DNA from: a bacterium
GTDB taxonomy: Bacteria; Joyebacterota; Joyebacteria; Joyebacterales; Joyebacteraceae
Reading direction: 5' to 3'
NCBI GenBank assembly: GCA_025782395.1
Contig: JALGZD010000218.1
Location: 87,556 to 151,555 of the forward strand
DNA length: 64,000 nucleotides
Part shown: one piece after another, positions 42,254 through 51,713 of the stretch
How the letters are laid out: every line of letters starts with the position of its first letter
How positions within the stretch are numbered: the first letter of the stretch is position 1
Position numbers and translations under genes: made by a program
Notes under the pieces: model-generated
The model's database searches: none
The model's input: the letters and a program-made list of their open reading frames with translations, nothing else
What the model was told of the DNA's origin: nothing

Positions 42254-45200
42254 TGAGCCTCATGTCGACCGTATGCCTCGCATCGGCATCCGGACGCCTT
42301 TCTCCCGAGTAGGTCACAGTTCCCGTCAGGAACCTGTTGAATCTGTAGTCACCGGAGAGCCTCCATTCAGCCGAAGCTCCGGCTTGCCGTCCATCCGCCA
42401 TGTAGTCCGGCAGCGCTCCGCCTGAGGCTTCCACTCCGGTGCGGGTCAAGCTTGCACTCACGGCACCTCGCCCCTTGAGGCGATAGATCAGCGTCGGCGT
42501 GATCTGCCAGACTCCAACGTCGACGCCGGAGACTGCGTCGCTCTCAACCCCATAGAGCGCAGTCAGCTTGATCTCGGCTCCACCGAGCTGTCTCTTGCCC
42601 ACCTCAGCGAGGACGCAGCGTTCATCCAGATCGTAGTCATTGAGGCTGCCGCCGGCCTCCCGCGCCCTCACGGCAGCGTCTACCTGAACACGATACGCAA
42701 TTCCACCCGGTGGGGAGACCTTGAGTTCAAGAGCCCCGCTCCGCTCCTTCAGTTCCTCCGGAGAGTTGGTGTAGACACGATCCAAGCGGTCACGCGTCTT
42801 GACAGCCAGGCGCGCCGAGAGAACTCCGCTCGTCGCATACCTCACGACGTGGCGTCCCGTCAGCTCCCCGGTGACCGTGTCCTCTCCTCTGAGCACAGAC
42901 GGATCCAGAAGGTAGAGGCGCGTCTTGTCACTGGTCGTCGTAGATTCCCTGAGCTTCAGGCTGCTCTCGAGCGACAGGCCCGTCAGAAAACGCCTCAACG
43001 CGCTGGGATCGGGCGTCCACCGCTCGTCCCGGCGACTGCTCCCGAAGCGAAGCGACCACCTGGTCCCGACAGACAGCTCCGTCACGGGCAGGAAGTTGCC
43101 GGTAGAGACGATGCGCGTCACTTCAACGCCGTCCTCCTCGGTCACGAACCGTTCCTTCTCCTCCACCTCGGTCGCCGTGACCGAGTACTTGAGCTCTCCC
43201 TTGAGGGCGCCGCTCATCGAGCGATGGCCGAGTGTGATGGCGGCGAGATCGTACCTGGTTCCGGACTCCGCGAGACCCTCGGCGACGTCGGTCCGCCTCC
43301 TCATAACATTGCCTTCGACCGTCAGCGCCTCCCAGCGCCTCAGCTGAGCACTCATCTCCTCTGTTCTGGTCGTGGACGATCCAGCCCAGGTCTTTCCATC
43401 CGAGGTCCGTTCAGTGTCCCGGTAGTTGGCCGCAACTCTGAATCCGATCTCGCCGCTCCCGGAGCTCTCTATCGACGCGCCGTGCTCGACGTAGCGTTCT
43501 CCGTCGTTGTCCTCGACACGGGAGTCATGCCTGTAGCTCAAGCCCGGCCGAACAGGCCCGAATGCGTAGCTCGCACCGGCGCGGTAGAACTCTCGTTCCC
43601 TCCGAAGCGAGGAGTCGGCCGAGACCCTGTGCCTCAAGTCAACGAAGCAGCCGCCGGCCCACACACTCCCGTTCTCGAGAGGGCTTGCCAACATGGAGAA
43701 CTCCATTCGATTCGACTCGAGCGCATCAGCGCGCTTGAGAAGGCCTCGAGACAGCTCAATGGCGCCCCCGCCCGGCAGAGAAAGGGCCAGTTCCCCTTCA
43801 CCCAGAACCTCTGCCTCAGGCAGGTCAAGACCCTTGAGCTCCCACGTCTCCTCGTAGCGGACATCTCTGAAGCGACCCACTCCCTCGAAGCTGCCCCCAA
43901 CGCGCCTGCCGACAAAGCCCACGGTGGCCTCAGCTCCGCCGAGGAAGCCGATCCGGACGCCGGGCGTGGAGGCGCGCAGCACGCTCGCGTTTCCCAGATT
44001 GTCGTCGTCATCCAGATCGGAGAAGGTGTTCCGGTCGAAACTTGAGACGGCGGCCTCGGCAGAAACGAATCCGTCCCTTCCGAATTCCCACCGGCCGTCG
44101 AGCGCCGCGACAGCTTTGTCCTGGGGCATGGGGAGTGCCTTGCCCAGACGGAACTCACCTTCATTCTCACCCACGTAGTAGTAGAAACCACCGAGGTAAT
44201 CGAAACCGTATCCGCCGCCGCTGCTCCGTTCAAAACTCAGATCATAGACCCCCGAATCGGCTCCCGCGTATTCGAAGTAACCCTCTTGAGTCAGCGTGTA
44301 GTCCCCGTTGCCGATCCCGAGCGAATCGATGCCGTCATCGTGAGCCAGCTCGATATCGTCTCCCGCCGCCTCGAGGACGGCTATCTGGCCTTCAGTGAGA
44401 GTGGCGGACGCAGCATCTCCGCGGTCGTCCGACTCGCGGAAGAACCCGGCTCCGATGACGAACTCCCCGTCACCCGCAGTGAAGGTCGCTCTTCCCCCAT
44501 AGATGTCTCTGTCGTAATCGCTGGTGGCGTACTCGTAGTCGATGACAATCTCGCTGTCGCTCGTAATGTGCCGGCGCTCAGTGAACTCGATCTCGCCCGC
44601 GGTGTACTCAATTGTGTAGTCGTTGTCCTTTCCCCGCCTGAGCCTCTCCCCGTCGAGCCAGATGCGCTCGCTTCCCGCCACCACCGTTATCCGGGTCGCA
44701 CCACCTCTGTCGGTAAGAAGATAGGGGCCCTGTTTCCCCGCAGTCCCGCGGAATGTCAGGCTTGCGTACTCGCCGTCGGCGCGCGCGCCGGCCAGCACGA
44801 TCGCCGCCCTGCCCACTTCTCCGCTGACCGTCACACCGGACAGATCCCGTCTCACATCCAGGAGGCTCCCTCCGTCTATCTCGAGGATGTAGTCACCCAT
44901 TGTGGCCGCCACGCGCTCGCCCTCGATCTCGACGAGCACCTTGTCGAGCGAACGAAGCTCCTCCGTGTCCCCCTCCGGAATGAGCGGCGTGTTCTGATCT
45001 GAGAGGTAGGCGGTGACGCTCACGTCGCGCGTTATCCTGCCTGAGATGTTGAGTCGCAGCGACTGCTCCAGCCTGAGGTCGCGGTCGGATCCCACCGTGA
45101 TTCCGAAGGTCTTGGCGCCGCCGACTTTGAGGGACGTCGATCTCGTCCCGGCGGCTGAGCCGCCCCCCGTTGCCGCGACGACCATCTCCCCCGGCCCGCC

Positions 45201-45653
45201 CCCATCGGCATCAGGCTGCCTGGCGGCATAGGCCGCCCCCGAGTCGGGTGTCCCTCCGGCCCGCAGGAATAGATCGGGTAGTTGTGCCGACGAGTCGATG
45301 ACCGACCGGCGGTAGACGCCGTGAGCCGGGATGGGATAGTAACGGTAGCGGAGGATGATCAGAGCACTCTCGGAGACAGCGACAGAAAGCGCCAGTTGCC
45401 CGGTCGCGTAATCGATGACGTAGTCGCGTCCGCGTTCTGCCGCCAGCCCGTCAATGAAAAGGGAATCGCTGCCGGCGAAGATAAGCGCGTCCGGAAGAGC
45501 GATACCAAGAACGGCCTCAGCCCCCGAGAACGCAAGTTCCCGTTCACCGCTTACGGCTGAAAGGTGACCGGCACGGACGCCCTGGGCCAACGTCACGAAA
45601 AGAACGAGAGACACAAGAAGCACTGCCGGCGCGGGGCGTCGGGTTCTATTCAT
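42240..45653 (-). CDS. very large secreted beta-rich protein (TamB/AsmA-like or TpsA-like partner of the downstream Omp85), unknown function
   Basis: 1137 aa. N-terminal signal or anchor MNRTRRPAPAVLLVSLVLFVTLAQG. D/G/S/T/Y-rich amphipathic strand pattern throughout. Ends ...RLNAFF. Confidence 0.5.
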   Translation of the reverse strand: MNRTRRPAPAVLLVSLVLFVTLAQGVRAGHLSAVSGERELAFSGAEAVLGIALPDALIFAGSDSLFIDGLAAERGRDYVIDYATGQLALSVAVSESALIILRYRYYPIPAHGVYRRSVIDSSAQLPDLFLRAGGTPDSGAAYAARQPDADGGGPGEMVVAATGGGSAAGTRSTSLKVGGAKTFGITVGSDRDLRLEQSLRLNISGRITRDVSVTAYLSDQNTPLIPEGDTEELRSLDKVLVEIEGERVAATMGDYILEIDGGSLLDVRRDLSGVTVSGEVGRAAIVLAGARADGEYASLTFRGTAGKQGPYLLTDRGGATRITVVAGSERIWLDGERLRRGKDNDYTIEYTAGEIEFTERRHITSDSEIVIDYEYATSDYDRDIYGGRATFTAGDGEFVIGAGFFRESDDRGDAASATLTEGQIAVLEAAGDDIELAHDDGIDSLGIGNGDYTLTQEGYFEYAGADSGVYDLSFERSSGGGYGFDYLGGFYYYVGENEGEFRLGKALPMPQDKAVAALDGRWEFGRDGFVSAEAAVSSFDRNTFSDLDDDDNLGNASVLRASTPGVRIGFLGGAEATVGFVGRRVGGSFEGVGRFRDVRYEETWELKGLDLPEAEVLGEGELALSLPGGGAIELSRGLLKRADALESNRMEFSMLASPLENGSVWAGGCFVDLRHRVSADSSLRREREFYRAGASYAFGPVRPGLSYRHDSRVEDNDGERYVEHGASIESSGSGEIGFRVAANYRDTERTSDGKTWAGSSTTRTEEMSAQLRRWEALTVEGNVMRRRTDVAEGLAESGTRYDLAAITLGHRSMSGALKGELKYSVTATEVEEKERFVTEEDGVEVTRIVSTGNFLPVTELSVGTRWSLRFGSSRRDERWTPDPSALRRFLTGLSLESSLKLRESTTTSDKTRLYLLDPSVLRGEDTVTGELTGRHVVRYATSGVLSARLAVKTRDRLDRVYTNSPEELKERSGALELKVSPPGGIAYRVQVDAAVRAREAGGSLNDYDLDERCVLAEVGKRQLGGAEIKLTALYGVESDAVSGVDVGVWQITPTLIYRLKGRGAVSASLTRTGVEASGGALPDYMADGRQAGASAEWRLSGDYRFNRFLTGTVTYSGERRPDADARHTVDMRLNAFF

Positions 45654-45656
45654 GGA

Positions 45657-46610
45657 TTACTCACAGGCGCCGTAGACAAGATCGACGATGATCAGGCGAC
45701 CGGCGACGCGGTCGAGCACGAGCAGGCGGCCATTTCCGTCGATCGCCAGGCCCACCGGCTCAACGGCCGGGGGTAGCCCGCTTCCCTCAATCGCGACCGC
45801 CGTTATCAGCCGATTCCTCGCGCTGAACGCCACAATGCGGCGTCCCTTGGGATCAGCGGCGATAAGATTGCCGTAGGTATCGAATGCGAGAGCGCACGGG
45901 TGGAAGCCGTCTCCCGGCAGCGCGACCTCACAGAGCTCAGAGCCGAATTCATCAAAGACGTGCACAACACCCGCCCCGGGATCAGAGACGGCAATCTGCC
46001 TGGATGGTCCCATGGCGACGTCACACGGCGACACCAACTCACCCACTCCACCTCCGAAGCCACCGAGCGGCTCGAGGGTCTCTGCAAACTGCGAGTAGAC
46101 GATCACGGCCTGCTTGTCCTCATCGACGATAAGAAGCTCGCCTCCACTCCCTATCGCAATGCCGATCGGGGTGCCGGTCTCATCTTCGTCGACGATCCGA
46201 TCAAGGTAGTTGCCGCGTTCGTCGAAACGCTCCACGCGCCTGTTCCCTTCATCGAGAACGTAGATGTAGAAGCCGGGATAGACGGCCAGATCCGTCGGGG
46301 TGTCGAACTGACCCTCATCCCAACCGTACCCTCCAAACTCCACGACAAGGTCGCCCGTTTCTGTGATGATCAGAACACGGTTATTACCCGAGTCCGCAAT
46401 CAGCATGTCTCCACGATGGTCGACGGCAAGCGATTGTGGAGAATCGAGACCCCACTCTCCGCTCCCCGGCACCTCACCGGCAAGTTCGAACGCAGTTATA
46501 GAGCGAGTATCGCCGACTGTCGCCAAGACGTCGACATCGGAGGAAGAGACGCTGCCGGCAGCGGCAAGGAGGCAACCGACGGCAAGCGCGCATGTCTTGA
46601 AACCTTGCAT
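45657..46610 (-). CDS. secreted NHL-repeat beta-propeller protein
   Basis: 317 aa. Signal peptide. Repeated ...SPQSLAVDHRGDMLIADSGNNRV... / ...PIGIAIGSGGELLIVD... / ...SPCDVAMGPSRQIAVSDPGAGVV... blades. Confidence 0.65.
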   Translation of the reverse strand: MQGFKTCALAVGCLLAAAGSVSSSDVDVLATVGDTRSITAFELAGEVPGSGEWGLDSPQSLAVDHRGDMLIADSGNNRVLIITETGDLVVEFGGYGWDEGQFDTPTDLAVYPGFYIYVLDEGNRRVERFDERGNYLDRIVDEDETGTPIGIAIGSGGELLIVDEDKQAVIVYSQFAETLEPLGGFGGGVGELVSPCDVAMGPSRQIAVSDPGAGVVHVFDEFGSELCEVALPGDGFHPCALAFDTYGNLIAADPKGRRIVAFSARNRLITAVAIEGSGLPPAVEPVGLAIDGNGRLLVLDRVAGRLIIVDLVYGACE

Positions 46611-46681
46611 GAGCCCTCCACTCCGAGTGAACGTGGGGATTCGTGGGGAGGGACAGAAGGGGAAGTGGATCGGGCAGGATG

Positions 46682-47557
46682 CTAGAACGACATCTCGAGC
46701 GTCACCCGGCTGCCCGGAGATCCGTCATCGTCTACGACGGGCGCAACGAAGAGCCTGGCGTGTGGCTCGTTCTTGAGGCCCTGGTTGTGCCGACGCGCCA
46801 TCCAGGCGCTGTCGATGCTGCTTATCGCGCGATTCAGGATCGCGAGCCCGATCATGTGGAACGCGTTCTTGCGCGAAAGCGATGCGCTGTGGCGAAGATC
46901 CAGGTACTCGGAGAACCGTCCGCTACTCTCCCATTCCCAACCTGCGTCCCCAAAGTAGCCGTGTTGTGCGAAGTACTCACTCTGGGCATCCAGGTCATCT
47001 GGATAGAGACTGCGCGCCTCGCTCCTGATCCCCTCATTGTAGCTGTCCTCACCCTCGCTGCGGATGTAGTCGGCGATGTCCCGATAGTACTCACTCGTCG
47101 AGCCTCTGGGCACACCGGCGAAGATGGAGGCGAATTCCTTGTAGTCGTCCTCGCGCATACTCCCCTGGATCTCGAACGAAGCGTACCCAACCCAGATGGC
47201 GCCCTCGGCAGCCATGAAGGCCTTTCCACGACCATCGTTCCCCGTGTACATCTCCCCCCAGCCGGGTAAAACCATGGACATGAGCAGAGCGACCATCGGA
47301 TTCTTCATATCTGTGCCGGACTCTGACGCGGGAACTCTCCTGCCTCTCCCACTCGAGCTGAAATCAGCCGTGCTTCCGATCTCATTCAGGGAGAGCCCGT
47401 CCATCTCGAGTTCCACGCGCGCGCCGTACGCATGCGGAAGATCAGTGGTCACTACGGCCGACGCGGCTCCGGGTAGAAGATCAGCGGTGAGTACGGCCGA
47501 TGCGGCTCCGGGTATGAGCACGGCCATGGCCAAGAGAGCTGTAACGGTGCGATTCAT
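46682..47557 (-). CDS. secreted hypothetical protein, paralog A (shares PG.GE hydrophobic-helix motif and C-terminal region with 47569-48414)
   Basis: 291 aa. Signal peptide. Internal 13-aa tandem duplication IPGAASAVLTADL/LPGAASAVVTTDL. Motif LLMSMVLPGWGEMYTGNDGRGKAFMAAEGAIWVGYASFE. Confidence 0.5.
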   Translation of the reverse strand: MNRTVTALLAMAVLIPGAASAVLTADLLPGAASAVVTTDLPHAYGARVELEMDGLSLNEIGSTADFSSSGRGRRVPASESGTDMKNPMVALLMSMVLPGWGEMYTGNDGRGKAFMAAEGAIWVGYASFEIQGSMREDDYKEFASIFAGVPRGSTSEYYRDIADYIRSEGEDSYNEGIRSEARSLYPDDLDAQSEYFAQHGYFGDAGWEWESSGRFSEYLDLRHSASLSRKNAFHMIGLAILNRAISSIDSAWMARRHNQGLKNEPHARLFVAPVVDDDGSPGSRVTLEMSF

Positions 47558-47568
47558 GCGCCACCCCG

Positions 47569-48414
47569 TCAGTAGGTTGTCACGAAAGCCACACTGAGAC
47601 CGGCCGCACCGCAGGGCACCCCGAATTCGATACCCACTTGAGCGGCAGCCGCGTCATTCTCAGTCCCGTGTCCTCCGGCAAGAATGAACGAGTCCACGGC
47701 GCTCACGACGTGATTCAACAGCGCGGCCATCATGAGATACCGCGCCTGTCTGAGAGACGTGTTGCTGTCCTTCCGCATCCCCCAGTACTCGTTGCGGAGT
47801 TCCAGGGCCTCAGCGGTCGGATCGTTCGGAACGCCGTCACCGCCCCACCACGGCCAGTAGACGTCGTACTTGCCTATATCTTCGTAGAACTCCTGTGATC
47901 CGCAGTCGGCCAGCGGCCTGCATCCATTGGCGTAGTCGTGGGGGCAATCGAGGCAGTTCTCGTTGTAGAACTCCATGTAGCCCTCGAGATCCCAGTTGGC
48001 ATCTGCGAATGATTCATAGTCGCTGCGTTCTTCCAGACCCTGCTTGTCCAGGACATAGAACCCGCTCCACATGGCGATCTCGGCGAGAAGAAAAAGGTAA
48101 CCCCGCTTCTTGCCCTGCACGAGTTCGCCGCTACCGGGGACCGCGAGCGACATGAGAAGCATCTTTGAAGGATCGTGCCCCGACTCGGCGAAGGCCACGT
48201 CGGATCCACCGCTCGACAGGAACTCGGCTCTGGCATCGAGTGAGGAGATCAGCGCCAGATCCGGCCGTGCGGCCGTTCCGTTCGGCACGGCGGCCACACC
48301 GAAAGCCACTGGCGCCAGTGCCGCGATCACGGCGCACACGACAGCGAGCCTGATCACAGGTTCTGATGCAAATCTCACCACATCCACCAAACCAGCCTCC
48401 GTCGGAACCGACAC
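47569..48414 (-). CDS. secreted hypothetical protein, paralog B
   Basis: 281 aa. LLMSLAVPGSGELVQGKKRGYLFLLAEIAMWSGFYV aligns with paralog A. C-terminal ...LRQARYLMMAALLNHVVSAVDSFILAGGH aligns with A's ...LSRKNAFHMIGLAILNRAISSIDSAWMARRH. Confidence 0.5.
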   Translation of the reverse strand: MSVPTEAGLVDVVRFASEPVIRLAVVCAVIAALAPVAFGVAAVPNGTAARPDLALISSLDARAEFLSSGGSDVAFAESGHDPSKMLLMSLAVPGSGELVQGKKRGYLFLLAEIAMWSGFYVLDKQGLEERSDYESFADANWDLEGYMEFYNENCLDCPHDYANGCRPLADCGSQEFYEDIGKYDVYWPWWGGDGVPNDPTAEALELRNEYWGMRKDSNTSLRQARYLMMAALLNHVVSAVDSFILAGGHGTENDAAAAQVGIEFGVPCGAAGLSVAFVTTY

Positions 48415-48426
48415 TGTAGTTTCCTC

Positions 48427-51400
48427 CTAACGAACGACGGCGACCTTCATGATCCTCTGTTCGGTCCGCTCCCTCTGACGCATTTCCCCCATCGGCGTCG
48501 GAAGAACCACGCGCGCCTCAACACGCACCAGGTAGAGCCCACCGGCAACAGAAGAGATGTCCCAGACAAACTCGTTCACCGTCGGGACGCCATCCATCTC
48601 CACACTCTCGATGACCTGCCCCGTCACATCCAGCATCTCGATACTGAGCTCCGCCGCCTCCTCGAGATAGACACGAACCGTGAGATCCGAAGCCATCGCT
48701 GGATTCGGGTAGCAGTAGGTTCGCTCGAGAGCCATGAGCGTCTCTGTTTCATCGTACGCACCGAGAAGAAGCGAATCAGCGTAGCAGCCGGTGCCCGCGG
48801 CGTTTCCGGCCTCGGTCGACCAGACGATTGTTTCATTGGAGCACTCGTACGGCATCCGGTAGAAGAGGATCCGCCCGCTGCTACCCGCGACCAGAACATC
48901 CAGTTCTCCGTCGTTGTCCGCGTCCCCGATCCACGGCGTTCCGAGCGAGACATCAGATGAGAGAGGCCAGCCTTCCAGCATCTTCCCCGTCACACCGTCC
49001 CACGCGAACAGACTACCGCCCGGACCTCCGATGATCACATCTGTAATCCCGTCGGAGTTGATATCACCGACGAGTGGCGAGGACGGAGTGGAACGCAGGC
49101 TGTCGCCCGCGGAGAACCCCAGGGGCCAGTTCTCAACGGCGGTCCCGTTCATCCTGATGCCGGTCACGCTGCGTCTGCCGGTCGGAACAAGCACCTCAAG
49201 ATAGCCATCGCCATCGATATCTCCGAGAGAGACCCGCCCGATGATCTCGGCGCCCACGTCGACGGGCCAACCGGGAAGCTCGTTGCCGCCCGAGTCCCAT
49301 GCGTAGACGACCCCATCTGATCCTGCCGCTATTACCTCTGTACGACCGTCCGCAGCGTGGTCTATGTCACCTATCACGATGCCGGAGGTCTCCTGAAGCC
49401 ACGAGTCCACGATGACGGGCCATCCGGGAAGCGGAGTCCCATCCAAACGAATGGCCGCGATCCAACCTCTGTTGGTGGTCGAAGTCATCAGCTCGTCTGC
49501 CCCGTCTCCATCGAGATCGCCCGCGGCCAGCGTCACGTCGTCCAGAACAAGATGGCCAAACGAGTACGGCGACGAACCGAGATGATGGCCTGTCGCGTCT
49601 ACTATCGTGATGTACCCTCCACGAGACACGGCTGCTATTTCGAGTCCACCGCCGGCTTCGAACTGTGCTGCGAGAGGAGCTCCGCTGGCGGGGCCGCCTA
49701 TATTCAGGGGGAAGTTGTCGGACACGAGGTCGGCGATCCCGTCGCCGCGATCGTCCCGTCCGTACCAGGCGTACAGGAGACCGTTGTCGGACGCGACGAT
49801 CACCTCGGCCGCACCGTCGCCATCCAGATCCGCAAGGGCCGGCGCATGCGAGACGCCCCCGGAGGCCGCGGCGATGAATCCGAACGGTCCCGCGCAATCA
49901 GGCATCACCGGCGATCCGTCGGCGTGCCACGCGTAGACGGCTCCATCCGTTGTTGCCACCACGATCTCCATCTCGCCGTCACCATCGATATCCGCGACGC
50001 GCGGCGTCAACTCGTCGACCGCGTCCTCGAGCTCTATGGGCCATCCGTCCTTCCATCGATCGAAGTGTATCGATGCCGTCATGGTCGAGTCCGGATTCGA
50101 GATACCGCTGATCGAGAGGTAGCTTTTCCCGCCAAGATTGTCGTCTGTAGAAGGGAACGTGTCCCAGGAGAACGTCCCGTTGTTGTCGGCGAAGAACGGA
50201 TCGTATCTGCTGCCGGCCCAGTAGAAACTCGAGATGTTGCCAAGGTCCATGATCCCGTCGGCCTCCTCAACGGCGACGCCGAGTCGATGGCGATCGGCAT
50301 TGACCCGGTTGTACGGAAGCAGTCCGGGGGTCACGCGGGTGTCGTCCACGTGGTAGATGAGAAGCCCGGGGCCGGGGAGCAGAAAATCGTACTCATGATT
50401 GACGGGACATACGGGGTCATCGCAACCGGGATCGACCGGACCCAGCACCACACCTCTCTCCTGCTCGATGACAACGAGGTTGTCTTTGCCAATGTCATCC
50501 ATGCGGTTTTCGAGAAGGAAGTACTCAGTGCTCGTGATCGGGATCTTGAAGAGCCTGGCGCCACCGCTTCTGAGAACGGAAGCCTTGATGGTAATCTCCT
50601 CCATATCCTCAGCAATTATGACGGGATCAGTCCAGCCGAGATACTGGAGCGACCAGCCGCAGGGCGGAACCGGAATGAGACCGTATGCCCACCCCCACGG
50701 CGTGTTCATACCGATCCGTCCGCCGGAATCCATAAGTCCCCAGTAACCGATTGCGGGAAAGAAGTTGGAGGTATTGTACAGGTCGGACAGCCCGAGGACG
50801 TGACCTACTTCGTGGGCAAGCGTCCCGTTCAGAACGATGGTGAGCCCGTCCTGACTCGACGTCTCCGGCATAATCGCCGAGCCCCAGATCTCGTGCGCGC
50901 CATCGTTCACGAGGATCGGCTCGCCCAGCGCGATGTGCGCCGAGGGAAGATCGTACGGCGAGTTCAGATATACATCGCTCTGCCAGTCAGCACCTGCGTG
51001 GAAGACCACGTACCCGTCGTACGCAGCGAAGTCTATGCTGTCTGTCGTATCGGCGGCAGCGAAAGCGTCGCGTATGAACGATTCCACCTGGCTTACGTAC
51101 CAGACTTGTTCTTCCGAGTAGTCGTGGTAGTAACCCATGTCGTGCGGCAGCACGTATGCCTGATTGGATTCGGCCGGAACGACAGTGAACTCGAGATCGA
51201 GTGCGCCGTGTGAGACCGATCCGTAGTAGTTCTTGAGCGCCGTCATGTGAAGCTCGAAGTACTCCAGGTCGTGCGGCGGTCCATCGAACGTTGCCCCGTC
51301 CCACTCGGAGTAGTCGAAGGTCCCGTCTCCTGTGCTCAGCGGGTCGGAGTCGGGCTGGAACTGCACCCGGATGGCCAGAAGGCGCACGAGCGTCCGGTCG

Positions 51401-51621
51401 CCATTGCCACGCTCTCTCGCACGAGCCAGTTCTATCGCGCTCACGCGGGCCGGCTGACTCGGATAGTACCTGGACGTCACCGCCTGGAGCTCCTCCGGGG
51501 CGGCCTCGCCGCTCTTGCTGCAGATCAGCGTGGACGCCGCGCCGGCAGGGAACGCGGTCACAAGCAATATCACAACCAGAACAGCTGCACCCAATCTCAT
51601 TCCGTCCTCCACCGATCTCAT
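48427..51621 (-). CDS. secreted zinc metalloprotease (M6/immune-inhibitor-A-like HEXXH) with FG-GAP repeats and T9SS-type C-terminal sorting domain
   Basis: 1064 aa. LAHEVGHVLGLSDLY. At least six DxDGDG...VY.W FG-GAP-like repeats. C-terminal ~90 aa YPNPA...LSIEMLDVTGQVI...GGLYLVRVEA matches the Por-secretion C-terminal domain pattern. Confidence 0.65.
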   Translation of the reverse strand: MRSVEDGMRLGAAVLVVILLVTAFPAGAASTLICSKSGEAAPEELQAVTSRYYPSQPARVSAIELARARERGNGDRTLVRLLAIRVQFQPDSDPLSTGDGTFDYSEWDGATFDGPPHDLEYFELHMTALKNYYGSVSHGALDLEFTVVPAESNQAYVLPHDMGYYHDYSEEQVWYVSQVESFIRDAFAAADTTDSIDFAAYDGYVVFHAGADWQSDVYLNSPYDLPSAHIALGEPILVNDGAHEIWGSAIMPETSSQDGLTIVLNGTLAHEVGHVLGLSDLYNTSNFFPAIGYWGLMDSGGRIGMNTPWGWAYGLIPVPPCGWSLQYLGWTDPVIIAEDMEEITIKASVLRSGGARLFKIPITSTEYFLLENRMDDIGKDNLVVIEQERGVVLGPVDPGCDDPVCPVNHEYDFLLPGPGLLIYHVDDTRVTPGLLPYNRVNADRHRLGVAVEEADGIMDLGNISSFYWAGSRYDPFFADNNGTFSWDTFPSTDDNLGGKSYLSISGISNPDSTMTASIHFDRWKDGWPIELEDAVDELTPRVADIDGDGEMEIVVATTDGAVYAWHADGSPVMPDCAGPFGFIAAASGGVSHAPALADLDGDGAAEVIVASDNGLLYAWYGRDDRGDGIADLVSDNFPLNIGGPASGAPLAAQFEAGGGLEIAAVSRGGYITIVDATGHHLGSSPYSFGHLVLDDVTLAAGDLDGDGADELMTSTTNRGWIAAIRLDGTPLPGWPVIVDSWLQETSGIVIGDIDHAADGRTEVIAAGSDGVVYAWDSGGNELPGWPVDVGAEIIGRVSLGDIDGDGYLEVLVPTGRRSVTGIRMNGTAVENWPLGFSAGDSLRSTPSSPLVGDINSDGITDVIIGGPGGSLFAWDGVTGKMLEGWPLSSDVSLGTPWIGDADNDGELDVLVAGSSGRILFYRMPYECSNETIVWSTEAGNAAGTGCYADSLLLGAYDETETLMALERTYCYPNPAMASDLTVRVYLEEAAELSIEMLDVTGQVIESVEMDGVPTVNEFVWDISSVAGGLYLVRVEARVVLPTPMGEMRQRERTEQRIMKVAVVR

Positions 51622-51713
51622 TCGACAGCCGGTGCCTCAGATACTCGCTCCGGCACAATCGGGCACTCTCTACCGAGTGCCTGGCTTGCCGGAGCGGAGT
51701 GTGGGTGCTCTTT

